Notes under the pieces: model-generated
Seen by the model: only the letters and a program-made list of their open reading frames with translations
Told to the model about the DNA's origin: nothing
The model's database searches: none
Part shown: positions 8,715-17,920 of the stretch, piece by piece
Position numbering within the stretch: the stretch's first letter is position 1
Layout of the letters: each line of letters begins with the position of its first letter
Source: Collinsella sp.
GTDB lineage: Bacteria; Actinomycetota; Coriobacteriia; Coriobacteriales; Coriobacteriaceae
Assembly: GCA_052364855.1 (NCBI GenBank)
Contig: DAWEIC010000001.1
Coordinates: 416-55,229, forward strand
Direction: 5' to 3'
DNA: 54,814 nt
Position numbers and translations under genes: made by a program

Positions 8715-9653
8715 CTAGCGGGATTTCTGCCTGGTACTATCGAAATTCTGCCTCACTGCTCGATAGCTCGAAGGAGTGCATCCCATTTGTTCTTTAAATA
8801 CCTGGCCTAGATGGCTTGCTGTCGCAAATCCGCATTGCCGAGCGATTGCCTGCACCGTTCGCGTGGTGTGCGCCAAAAGTTCGCAAGCACGGTTGATGCG
8901 GTATACGCGTAGATATGCCGCTGGGGTCGTTCCTGCGCAAGCTTCGATAATGCGGTAACACTCTCTTTCGCTAACGCCGGCTGCAGATGCCATCTGGGGC
9001 ACATCTATAGTGTCTGCATAGTTTGAGCGGATAAAGTCCAGGATTGCCTTGAACTGTACGTCGCGGTTGGTCATCCAAGAGACGTTGTCGGAGGAAAAGA
9101 GCGGTTCGGCCTTGGCGTAAATCTGAATCCAGAGCTCTGACAAGCTATTCCGAAGCGCCATCTCGTTCTGCGGCCGTTGAAGGTCGTGGTTAAAGGAACT
9201 CATTAGCAAATCGATAAAGGGCATATCGTCGGGGTTGGTGGGCGACCATTTGAGCACATCGACGCCTCGACATTGCAGCAAAGGATTGATATAGCGCTTT
9301 TGAAGGCGTCCCGCGGGATCGCCGAGCATCGACGGCTGAAAGATATGCAACATTTGAATGGCTGGTGCCGAATTGGGTGATTGCAGCGTGCTGTGCAAAA
9401 CGCCGCCGTTGATAAAGCCGGCGGACCCTTCCTCAAAGCGCACGTGTTCATGAGCCGCGCGCGTTCGATAGTCAATCGCTCCCTGCTCCATGTAGAAAAG
9501 CTCAACCTCGGAATGCCAGTGCCAGGGGACGGAATTGCCCGGATAGCGAGCGAATTCTGCGCGTTCGGCAATATAGGGCCAGTCTTCGGCGGTCTCGGGA
9601 AATGCTTCCTCGCGTCCTCCGCGGTGCAATTCTATGTGATCCATGTTTCGCAT
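8715..9653 (-). CDS. AraC-family transcriptional regulator with cupin sensor domain
   Basis: WHWHSEVE cupin motif; C-terminal double HTH (IARQCGF...FKEQMGCTPSSYR). Confidence 0.92.
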   Translation of the reverse strand: MRNMDHIELHRGGREEAFPETAEDWPYIAERAEFARYPGNSVPWHWHSEVELFYMEQGAIDYRTRAAHEHVRFEEGSAGFINGGVLHSTLQSPNSAPAIQMLHIFQPSMLGDPAGRLQKRYINPLLQCRGVDVLKWSPTNPDDMPFIDLLMSSFNHDLQRPQNEMALRNSLSELWIQIYAKAEPLFSSDNVSWMTNRDVQFKAILDFIRSNYADTIDVPQMASAAGVSERECYRIIEACAGTTPAAYLRVYRINRACELLAHTTRTVQAIARQCGFATASHLGQVFKEQMGCTPSSYRAVRQNFDSTRQKSR

Positions 9654-10142
9654 GGCATCAGTATAAAGCGCGATGGGCCTAGATTGCTCTTGCCTGTTCG
9701 GGGAACGCCTTGTCTAGGGATGCTTGGAGCTTTTCGAAGGATGCTCGTAAGTTGAGGCTCTGATCGGCTGAGCGCTTGGTTTTTGTGGTGGGGGAGTCGA
9801 GGAGACCGTTTCTCTGTGTCGGGGGGAAGGAGAAAAGGTTTGCATGTTTTAGGGATGGCTGCTGTGCTGCGTCATTGGAAGAATGCATGCTTATGCGGCC
9901 TCCTCGATGTCCACCAAAAGATTGCGCTCGGGGTATGCTGCTAGGTCCCGTGCGTTGGCAGTATTATGCCGCGGCTGCTGCAAAGAAGCGCTAAAGAAAG
10001 GCTTAACCTGGTTTGGTTTTACGATGAAACTGCAGGTCAGAGGTATTGAGTAACACTCTTGAAAGGTTTTGAGCTTAAGGGCTTTCTAAGGTTTGTGGTG
10101 CGGATGTGGCTCGCCTGTGTGGGGCGTGTGGACGGCTCGTTC

Positions 10143-11129
10143 CTAGCGCTGCGGTGCGGCGGCGCGTACTTGTTCGATGACCTTTTCCATCGTGGCGTCG
10201 ATGCGGTCCTTTTTGAGTTCGCATTCCCAGATGGTTATGGGCGTCCAGCCCATTTCGGTGAGCGCTGCCACGGCGGCACGGTCGCGCTCGACGTTGCGAC
10301 GGAACTTTGCCTCCCAAAACTCGACATTGCGCTTGGGCTGACTTGGGTTGCATTTGGGGCAGCGGTGCCAAAAGCAGCCGTTGACGAAGATGGCGATCTT
10401 GCGGCCGGGGAAGGCGATGTCGGGCTTGCCGGGAACCTTCCATTCCAAGCGGTAACCCGTAAGGCCCGCTGCGCGCAGGTGCTGTCGTACGAGCAGCTCG
10501 GGCTTGGTGTTGGCGCGCTTGTTACCCTTCATGGACTTTTTTATAGCGGCACGACGGCGCACGAGCTCACGCTCGTCAGCGGAGAGGTCCGAGGTATCGA
10601 TGCCGTCGAGCAGACCGGGCTTGGGACGCTTTTTGCTGCGGCGCTTAGGTGCGCGCTTGGGTTTGGCGGCAGATTCGTCGGCCGTGGTGGCCTCGGCATC
10701 GTTGGCGACGTTAGCCTCAAGCCGATCTTCCTTTAACTCAATCAGAGCATCAATGAGCCCCTTGTCGGCGGGCATCCATTCTACCGTGGCAAGCGAGGTG
10801 CGCGGAATCCAGCGGATATCGAGCTGGCGGTCGTGCTTCTGAGGCTCATCGGATTCATCGGCGAGCGAGCAGTAGTAGCACTCCATGGAGAGATGAAAAT
10901 CGGGGTAGTCATACTCAACGGTATAGAAATCGCGCAGGTTGGTGACTTTTACCTGCAGCTCTTCCATGAGCTCACGGCGTACGGCGTCTTCGGGTGTCTC
11001 GCCGCGCATGAGTTTGCCACCGGGAAACTCCCAAAGTCCCTGCATGTCGCCGTAGCCGCGCTGCACGGCAAGCAGCTCGTCAGATCCTTCCTTGCGAATG
11101 ATCCCAGCGGCAACATGAACAGTCTTCAA
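10143..11129 (-). CDS. vsr: Fusion of a MutT-like NUDIX hydrolase and a Vsr very-short-patch repair endonuclease
   Basis: Nudix box WEFPGGK...PEDAVRRELMEEL followed in frame by Vsr motifs NTKPE, GKPDI, FVNGCFWH, FWEAK, WEC. Probable TTG start at 11129 after GAGAGG; the ORF-track extension to 11696 is antisense to the ABC gene. Confidence 0.85.
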   Translation of the reverse strand: MKTVHVAAGIIRKEGSDELLAVQRGYGDMQGLWEFPGGKLMRGETPEDAVRRELMEELQVKVTNLRDFYTVEYDYPDFHLSMECYYCSLADESDEPQKHDRQLDIRWIPRTSLATVEWMPADKGLIDALIELKEDRLEANVANDAEATTADESAAKPKRAPKRRSKKRPKPGLLDGIDTSDLSADERELVRRRAAIKKSMKGNKRANTKPELLVRQHLRAAGLTGYRLEWKVPGKPDIAFPGRKIAIFVNGCFWHRCPKCNPSQPKRNVEFWEAKFRRNVERDRAAVAALTEMGWTPITIWECELKKDRIDATMEKVIEQVRAAAPQR

Positions 11130-11176
11130 CAGGAGTCCTCTCTCAACATCAACGCGTGGCAGGCTAGCTACCCGTA

Positions 11177-11204
11177 CCTTACACAACGGTAAGGCAAGCG
11201 TAAG
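11177..11204 (+). promoter_or_regulatory. Putative BceR/GraR-type response-regulator box
   Basis: CCTTACACAACGGTAAGG inverted repeat plus a downstream GTAAG half-site, directly upstream of a BceAB-like operon. Confidence 0.6.
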
Positions 11205-11277
11205 CCATATCGATGGTAGCCGACTCGTCTTCTTGCGACTATAGATGCCGTAGACTAATCGCAAGAAAGGACTCGGT

Positions 11278-12063
11278 ATGCAAACCACGCACATGGCGAC
11301 CCCGGTACTGGAGGTCGCGCATCTCGAAAAGGTATACGGCGCGTTGGGCAACGTGACCCGCGCGCTCAACGACGTCAGCTTTACCGTCAACCGCGGCGAA
11401 TTCGTTGGCATCATGGGTGCTTCGGGCTCGGGCAAGTCGACGTTGCTCAACTGCGTCTCGACCATCGATAGCGCCACAAGTGGCACGATCCGCATCAACG
11501 GGCAGGACGTAACACGCATGAAGCAGGCTAAGCTTTCGCAGTTCCGCCGCGAGGAGCTTGGCTTTATCTTCCAGGACTCCAACCTGCTCGATACGCTCAC
11601 GGCACGCGAGAACATCGCCCTGCCGCTCACCATCGCCCGCACAAACTCGGCAGAGATCTCGACCCGCGTGCAGGATGTGGCAGCGCGCCTGTCCATCAGT
11701 CAGGTACTCGACAAGTATCCCTACCAGATGTCCGGCGGTCAGCAGCAGCGCGTTGCCGCGGCTCGCGCGCTCGTCACCGACCCCACCATGATCATGGCCG
11801 ACGAGCCCACCGGCGCCCTCGATTCCAAGAGCGCTCGCCTGCTGCTCGAGAGCCTGGAGGCCCTTAACCGCCGCCTACGCGCCACCGTGCTCATGGTCAC
11901 GCACGACAGCTTTGCCGCCAGCTACACGAGCCGTGTGCTGTTCATTCGCGACGGCAAGATCTTCACCGAGCTGCGCCGCGGCGACACCGACCGCCGAGAG
12001 TTCTTCGACCGCATTATGGAGGTCGTTGCCATGATGGGCGGTGAGGGCTCCGATGCTCTGTAA
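11278..12063 (+). CDS. ABC transporter ATP-binding protein (BceA-like)
   Basis: [30 protein letters not shown]. Confidence 0.93.
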   Translation: MQTTHMATPVLEVAHLEKVYGALGNVTRALNDVSFTVNRGEFVGIMGASGSGKSTLLNCVSTIDSATSGTIRINGQDVTRMKQAKLSQFRREELGFIFQDSNLLDTLTARENIALPLTIARTNSAEISTRVQDVAARLSISQVLDKYPYQMSGGQQQRVAAARALVTDPTMIMADEPTGALDSKSARLLLESLEALNRRLRATVLMVTHDSFAASYTSRVLFIRDGKIFTELRRGDTDRREFFDRIMEVVAMMGGEGSDAL

Positions 12064-14290
12064 ACTCGCTTGGGGCAACGTCCGCCGCGCCGGCCGCGAC
12101 TACCTTGTCTACCTTTTGACGCTCACCCTGGGCGTTACGGTCTTCTATGCCTTTAACACCATCTCGATGCAGGTCGACATCGCCGGAATCGATGAAGAGG
12201 GCTTGGCACAGGTTATGGGCAGCATGCTCGGCGACCTGACGTACTTTTTGGCCGGTGTCATGGCCTTTTTGATGGTGTATGCCAATAACTTCATCATGAA
12301 ACGCCGCAAGAAGGAGTTTGGCCTGTACCAGGTGCTCGGCATGGGGCGCGGGCGCGTCGCCACGATCATGGCGCTCGAGACCGTGATCGTCTCGGTCGTG
12401 GCCTTTGTCGCCGGCATTGTGCTGGGTATGGGACTCTCCCAGCTCATGACGTTCTTTACGGCCTCGCTCTTTAAGACACAGATTGCCAATTTCCACTTCT
12501 TTTTCTCGGTGCATGCGTTCAATCTGACCCTTGCCTGCATGCTCGTAATGTTTGTGCTCACGCTACTGCTGAACCTTCGCGCCGTGCGTCGTACCAAACT
12601 CATCGAGCTTATGGGTGCCGAGCGTCGCAACGAGAGTATCAAGACACGCAACCCCTGGATCGCGATTGCCATCTTTGTCGTGGGCGTGGTGCTTGTGGGC
12701 ATGGCCTATTACCGTCTGCTACGTGATGGGTTCCCGCTAACCGCGACGGACAGCAAGCTGCAAGAGGCCATGAACCAGTTTGGTATTACGACCGCTATGG
12801 TTACCGTGGGCACCTTTGCCCTGTTCTGGGGACTCTCGGGCATGCTCATCAAGCTGGTGCAGAGCCTGCGCGGCGTGTATTGGCGCGGCCTCAACATGTT
12901 TACCGTGCGCCAGCTTGCGGCCAAGGTCAACACGGTGTGCTTTTCGATGGGCGTTATCGCGATGCTCCTGTTTTTGGCCATCACCTCGGTGACGTGCGGT
13001 ATGTCGATTGCCAACGTGATGAACGAGAATCTGGAGCGCTATAATCCGGCCGACATGTCGCAGACGTATGTCTATTACACGCCCGATACGCTCGACTTCT
13101 ACAAAGAGTCTTTCAATCCGTCTGAGGCCGATCGAATGGTGCTGGCCGATAGTACGGTCGATTTGTACTCCGCATGGCACGGCGATCGTATCGATCACGA
13201 TAACGTTGCAGACGGTATTAAGGGCAAGTCGGCGGACAACAACGACGAGACCGGCAAGAAGGTCAATATCGCCGATGTTGCCGGTGAGCATGTGCAGATC
13301 GATTCGTATCTGAGTTACCCGCTTGGCGGCTCGGATCCTTCGGTGACTCCAAGTGAGATGTGCAAGACCATGGGCGAAAAGCTTCCCAAGGCGTTCGGGG
13401 GTAGCAATGCCGATACGATGGGTCTGTTTGTGACGCCGGCGAGCCAGTACAACAAACTGCGCCAGATGATGGGCGAGGAGCCGGTGCACATCGGTCACGA
13501 CCAGTATCTGCTCACGTGTGATATGGGCGGCGAGCTGGTCGACCTGTACACCAAGTATATGGCTGGCGGCCATGCCCTTACCTTGGGCGGGCACACGCTC
13601 AAGCCCGCAACCGATAAGTCGGACGAAGATACGGCGGCCATCGCCAACTCGGCGATGGGCAGTAATCCGGGTACCGTCGTCGTTGCCGACGAGCTGTTGT
13701 CCCAACTTAATCTGCAGCCGTATTCCAGTAGCCTGCTCGTTAACTACAAACAGGGGATGGATACGACCGAGGCAGACGAGAGCATTAAATACACTGTGCT
13801 CGACAATCTGCTCGTTGACGGCAAGGAGTCGGGGTCGTGGGGAACCTTCATCACACGCTCCGAGATGTACACGCAAGCAGCGCAAATGAATGGTCTTATT
13901 AGCTACCTAGCCATCTACATCGGCTTTGTATTGGTCGTTGCATGCGCGGCGATTCTGTCGATCCAGCAACTTTCCAACGTGGCCGACGGCAGCCGCAGCT
14001 ATCGTGTGCTGGCACAGATCGGCTGTGACGACCGCCAGGTTCGCCATTCGGTGATGGCGCAGCAAGCGGTATTCTTCCTGTTCCCGCTGGCAGTGGGCCT
14101 GGCGCACTCCTTTGTGGCACTTAAGGTGATCATCGAGCTGGTGAGTACGTTTGGCGACATGAGCATCGGCGGCACGGTGGGCCTCACCTGTGCAATCTTC
14201 CTGGCAGCATACGGTGGCTACTTCCTGGTGACCTACCTCATGAGCGCCGGCATGGTACAAGCTGCCATCGCTACCCGCTACAGCGAATAA
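12053..14290 (+). CDS. FtsX-domain ABC permease (BceB-like, antimicrobial peptide resistance)
   Basis: RRKKEFGLYQVLGM motif, multiple TM segments with one large extracellular loop; overlaps the ATPase stop. Confidence 0.88.
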   Translation: MLCKLAWGNVRRAGRDYLVYLLTLTLGVTVFYAFNTISMQVDIAGIDEEGLAQVMGSMLGDLTYFLAGVMAFLMVYANNFIMKRRKKEFGLYQVLGMGRGRVATIMALETVIVSVVAFVAGIVLGMGLSQLMTFFTASLFKTQIANFHFFFSVHAFNLTLACMLVMFVLTLLLNLRAVRRTKLIELMGAERRNESIKTRNPWIAIAIFVVGVVLVGMAYYRLLRDGFPLTATDSKLQEAMNQFGITTAMVTVGTFALFWGLSGMLIKLVQSLRGVYWRGLNMFTVRQLAAKVNTVCFSMGVIAMLLFLAITSVTCGMSIANVMNENLERYNPADMSQTYVYYTPDTLDFYKESFNPSEADRMVLADSTVDLYSAWHGDRIDHDNVADGIKGKSADNNDETGKKVNIADVAGEHVQIDSYLSYPLGGSDPSVTPSEMCKTMGEKLPKAFGGSNADTMGLFVTPASQYNKLRQMMGEEPVHIGHDQYLLTCDMGGELVDLYTKYMAGGHALTLGGHTLKPATDKSDEDTAAIANSAMGSNPGTVVVADELLSQLNLQPYSSSLLVNYKQGMDTTEADESIKYTVLDNLLVDGKESGSWGTFITRSEMYTQAAQMNGLISYLAIYIGFVLVVACAAILSIQQLSNVADGSRSYRVLAQIGCDDRQVRHSVMAQQAVFFLFPLAVGLAHSFVALKVIIELVSTFGDMSIGGTVGLTCAIFLAAYGGYFLVTYLMSAGMVQAAIATRYSE

Positions 14291-14325
14291 CAAGCGGGCA
14301 AAACGGTCGCAAAACCAGCGCTAAT

Positions 14326-14368
14326 AGCCGCCGCGAAGGGAGCCGGATTCCTTTCGCGGCGGTTTTTT
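14326..14368 (+). terminator. Rho-independent terminator
   Basis: CCGCCGCGAAGGGA...TCCTTTCGCGGCGG stem followed by TTTTTT. Confidence 0.75.
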
Positions 14369-14575
14369 GCCCCTATCTGGTGCGTCTTAGATGCAAGTGA
14401 GTAGACTTTTTTGGATTTGTCGAGCACATCGCGACAAATGCTCAGTAAAACCCCAGGTCAGAGCGCCGGCGTTTTGGGGCGTGCTCGGCCTCCTGCAAAA
14501 AGTCTACTCACTTGGTTTTTTCTGTTAGAAGACCGCCGCGAGGGAAATCAGCTCCCTCACGGCGGTCGACGTTTG
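14345..14575 (+). repeat. About 230-bp dispersed MITE-like repeat, copy A
   Basis: Internal 14-bp inverted repeats CAAGTGAGTAGACT (14394-14407) and AGTCTACTCACTTG (14501-14514); similar inverted copy at 19086-19312. Confidence 0.8.
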
Positions 14576-14773
14576 TCAAAAACTATTTTGAGGGTTGCTT
14601 GAAATATGCCCGTGGGGCTGTTTTTTGCGGAGCTCGCCAGAGGGTAAGGGGTGTAGACGGCTTTTGCTGCCGGTTGCGGCGGGACGGAAAACTGAATGGG
14701 GCCTCCCGGCTGAGTCGCGTGCCGGGGGGCCCTTCGCTTGGGTGTGTGCGGGAGCGGATTTCTTACGCGCTGC

Positions 14774-16396
14774 CTACTTCGCGTCCGTTACGGCCTTGGA
14801 GAGCAGGTCCTGGTCCCAGCCTACGGCGATAAAGTTGCCGCCGTAGGTGTTGTCGTATACGCCTTCGGTATCCGCGGACTGGTACGCCTCGATAACCTTG
14901 CGGTACACCTCCACCTTCTCGGGGTCCTTCAGGTCCTCGGTGCGCGCGGCGGTGAGGTTCCAGTACTGCTCGTCGCTAATGCTCGTGTCCTCGAAGATGA
15001 TGTCGTCGTGCGACAGGTTGTTGTCGATGGCGTAGTTGCCGTTCACCACGGCGGCGGCGACGTCGGGCAGCACCGAGGGGATGTTGTTGGCGGCGAGCTG
15101 CACGATCTCGATTCCACGTGGGTTGGCGGTGATGTCGGCCACGGTGGGGTTGAAGCCAGCCGCGTCCGAAAGTTGGATGAGCCCCGCGGCTTCGAGAACC
15201 TTGAGCGCGCGTCCGCCGTTGGTCACGTCGTCGGGAATGGCCACCTTGGCGCCGTCGGCGATCTCGTCCACGGACGCAACGTTCGCCGAGTACAGGTGCA
15301 TGGGCTGAACGAACGTGTTGCCGATGTTGGAGAGCTTGTAGCCCTTTTTCTCAAGCTCGGTGGCGAAGAAGATACGGTGCTGGAAGCTGTTGAGGTCGAT
15401 GTCGCCGTCGGCCAGCGCAGCGTTGGGCGTGGTGTAGTCGGAGAACTGCACGATCTCCAGGTCGATGCCCTCGGCGGCGAGCTTCTTCTTAGCCGGTGCG
15501 TAAAGCTCCTCGTAGATGGTGCCGGTAACGCCCATCTTCACGGTCAAGCGCTCGGAGGCGGGCGCGGCGGTGAGCGCGTTTACCGCAAAGTAGAGGCCAA
15601 AGCCCACGGCGAGGGCGGCCGCGCCGATGATCACGTTGCGGCGCGCGTGCGAGCCCGTGGTGCCGGTGCCCGTGGCCGTGCCGTTGCCGGCCGCTGCCGC
15701 TGCGGCGGCGCGGTGCTCGTCGCTCGAACGCTTGGCCATCGCGTTGCCCACAATCTGGATGAGCGAGACCATGATCACGAGCACCACCACGGTCACGTAT
15801 ATTACGTCGAGCTGGTTGCGGTCCTTGCCGTACTGGATGGCGAAGTTGCCCAGGCCGCCGGCGCCCACGGCTCCGGCCATGGCGGTAAGGTTGAGCAGCG
15901 AGATGAGCGTCACGGTGGTTACGCGCGCCAGGCTCGAGACGGATTCGCGCAGGTATACGCGCCAGATGATGTCGAGCGGAGCCAGGCCCATGGCGTCGGC
16001 CGCCTCGATGAGCCCGGGGTCAACCTCGGCGAGCGACACCTCAACCTGGCGGGCGAAGAATGGGATGGCGCCCACTACGAGCGGCACGATGGCGCCCGGC
16101 ACGCCGATGGCGGTTCCCATGATGAGGCGCGAAACGGGGAGCAGCGCCGCCAGCAGGATGATGAACGGGATGGAGCGAAACACGTTGGTCACCTTGTCGA
16201 GCACCTGCCACAGCGGGCGGTTCTCCAAGATGCCGCCGGCGCGCGTGACGGTGAGCGCCACGCCCAGCACTCCGCCGAGCACGAACACGAACACGCCGGA
16301 CCACGCGAGCATGAGCAGCGTCTCCCAAATGGAGGAGATGAACGTGTCCCACTGGGCCACGACGTTGGGAATGAATGCGGAAATGTTAGCGAGCAT
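14774..16396 (-). CDS. Fused methionine ABC permease (MetI) and substrate-binding protein (MetQ/NlpA)
   Basis: MetI motifs FRSIPFIIL, EAADAMG, AMAGAVGAGGLG, then MetQ motifs FSDYTTPNAAL, SFQH, IPDDVTNGGRAL, VNGNYA. Confidence 0.9.
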   Translation of the reverse strand: MLANISAFIPNVVAQWDTFISSIWETLLMLAWSGVFVFVLGGVLGVALTVTRAGGILENRPLWQVLDKVTNVFRSIPFIILLAALLPVSRLIMGTAIGVPGAIVPLVVGAIPFFARQVEVSLAEVDPGLIEAADAMGLAPLDIIWRVYLRESVSSLARVTTVTLISLLNLTAMAGAVGAGGLGNFAIQYGKDRNQLDVIYVTVVVLVIMVSLIQIVGNAMAKRSSDEHRAAAAAAAGNGTATGTGTTGSHARRNVIIGAAALAVGFGLYFAVNALTAAPASERLTVKMGVTGTIYEELYAPAKKKLAAEGIDLEIVQFSDYTTPNAALADGDIDLNSFQHRIFFATELEKKGYKLSNIGNTFVQPMHLYSANVASVDEIADGAKVAIPDDVTNGGRALKVLEAAGLIQLSDAAGFNPTVADITANPRGIEIVQLAANNIPSVLPDVAAAVVNGNYAIDNNLSHDDIIFEDTSISDEQYWNLTAARTEDLKDPEKVEVYRKVIEAYQSADTEGVYDNTYGGNFIAVGWDQDLLSKAVTDAK

Positions 16397-17426
16397 CAGC
16401 GATCACCTCGACGCGAACGTTTTCGTTCTGGGGCAGGTAGGCAAGGGCGGCGTCCACGCGGTCGCGCGTGCCGGAAAGGATGGCGACGGTGCCGCCGATG
16501 GGTGCATCGGCCACCACCTCGACGTCGGCGAAGATGATGTTCACGTCGATGTCGAAGCTGCGCGAGATGGAGCTGATGATGGGCTCGTTCACATCGCGGC
16601 GCTGGTAGTTGAGGCGCACGAGTACCTCGCCGGGGCGCAGCGCCACCACGGGGCTGCCCTCGGCCACCAGCTCGTTCACGCGGGTGAGCGTGGAGGTGGA
16701 GGAGATAAACTCACGCGTGAGCTCGTGCGACGGGTTCGCGAACACGTCGTAGACCGGGCCGGACTCGATCACGCGGCCGCGCTCCATCACCGCCACGCGG
16801 TCGCAGATCTCCTTCACCACGTTCATCTGGTGGGTGATGACCACGATGGTGAGCCCCAGGTCGCGGTTGAGCTGCTTGAGCAGGGAGAGGATGGAGTGCG
16901 TGGTGGTGGGGTCGAGCGCGCTGGTGGCCTCGTCGCACAGAAGGACGCTGGGGCGCGTGGCGAGCGCGCGGGCGATGGCGACGCGCTGCTTCTGGCCGCC
17001 GGAGAGCTGCTCGGGGTAGGCGGCCGCCTTGTCCGAGAGCTCCACAAGCGCGAGCAGCTCGGTCACGCGGGCGTCGATCTCCTCGCGGGAGAGGCCGAGC
17101 TTGGCCAGCGGGAACGCGACGTTTTGCGCCACGGTACGCGAGGGAAACAGGTTGAAGTGCTGGAAGATGATGCCGATGCTCTGGCGCTCGCGGCGCAGCT
17201 CGGCGTCGGTGAGCGCGGTGATGTCGCGGCCGTCCACGCGCACGGTGCCCGAGGTGGGGCGTTCGAGCAGGTTGATGCAGCGCACGAGCGTGGACTTGCC
17301 GGCGCCGGAGTAACCGATGATGCCAAAGACCTCGCCGGTCTGGATGGTGAGCGTCACGTCGTCCACGGCGCGAAACGCCCCGCCCGTCCCTTGGTATTCC
17401 TTAACTATGTTGGTGAGTTCTATCAC
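16386..17426 (-). CDS. metN: Methionine ABC transporter ATP-binding protein
   Basis: GYSGAGKS, FQHFNL, LSGGQKQR, CDEATSALDP, C-terminal NIL domain; GTG start at 17426 after AAAGG. Confidence 0.93.
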   Translation of the reverse strand: MIELTNIVKEYQGTGGAFRAVDDVTLTIQTGEVFGIIGYSGAGKSTLVRCINLLERPTSGTVRVDGRDITALTDAELRRERQSIGIIFQHFNLFPSRTVAQNVAFPLAKLGLSREEIDARVTELLALVELSDKAAAYPEQLSGGQKQRVAIARALATRPSVLLCDEATSALDPTTTHSILSLLKQLNRDLGLTIVVITHQMNVVKEICDRVAVMERGRVIESGPVYDVFANPSHELTREFISSTSTLTRVNELVAEGSPVVALRPGEVLVRLNYQRRDVNEPIISSISRSFDIDVNIIFADVEVVADAPIGGTVAILSGTRDRVDAALAYLPQNENVRVEVIADAR

Positions 17427-17477
17427 GGTACAGCCTTTCGGTTGAGTGTTGCTGATGGTTGGCGCCCGCGGCATGCC

Positions 17478-17517
17478 AAACAAAAAGGCGAGGACCCGGC
17501 TGCGGGTTCCTCGCCTT
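17478..17517 (-). terminator. Attenuator terminator upstream of metN
   Basis: mRNA AAGGCGAGGAACCCG-CAGC-CGGGUCCUCGCCUU followed by UUUGUUU; lies between the leader ORF and metN. Confidence 0.85.
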
Positions 17518-17539
17518 GAAGTCCGAGACTATGCGCGGG

Positions 17540-17650
17540 CTACATCATTCGCGGGCAGCGGGCGCTGCCGGCAGGCGAGGAGACAGGGGGCATCATCATG
17601 CCCGCGCACATGCACATCATCATGGAGTTGTTGGAAATGAATCCGTTCAT
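17540..17650 (-). CDS. Met/Cys-rich leader peptide (36 aa) MNGFISNNSMMMCMCAGMMMPPVSSPAGSARCPRMM
   Basis: Manually translated; AAGGGAG RBS upstream; 10 Met and 3 Cys codons; immediately precedes the terminator and met transporter operon. Confidence 0.85.
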   Translation of the reverse strand: MNGFISNNSMMMCMCAGMMMPPVSSPAGSARCPRMM

Positions 17651-17845
17651 GTTCGCTCCCTTCGCGGTGTAGCTGGACGGCGCGGCATCTCCGCGCTCAT
17701 TGGTGGAACACCTTACCGTATCTGCACGCGCCGCGCAATACCCATTAACAAAGTAGGTAAAAAGAAATCTCCGCGGAGCTTTTGGTTAGTCGTTGGGGAC
17801 GTTCTAAAACGACTAGTCATTCAAGAACGTCCTCAACGACTATGA

Positions 17846-17887
17846 AAAGAGGACGGCATAGACCTTTTGGTCATGCCGTCCTCTTTG
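17846..17887 (-). terminator. Rho-independent terminator of the DAHP synthase gene
   Basis: AAAGAGGACGGCAT...ATGCCGTCCTCTTT hairpin just after the stop codon. Confidence 0.7.
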
Positions 17888-17920
17888 AATGACAAGTTGT
17901 TCGCTCTCGTGCCCGCGTAA

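Noticed and set aside
11130..11696. N-terminal extension of the 517-aa MutT-Vsr ORF
   Set aside because: It is antisense to the ABC ATPase gene. Nudix similarity begins at LKTVHVAAG, where an RBS and TTG start are present.
17440..17760. SAM riboswitch or T-box upstream of metN
   Set aside because: No SAM-I core or T-box consensus recognised by eye; the leader-peptide model explains the pairings. An Rfam scan is still needed.
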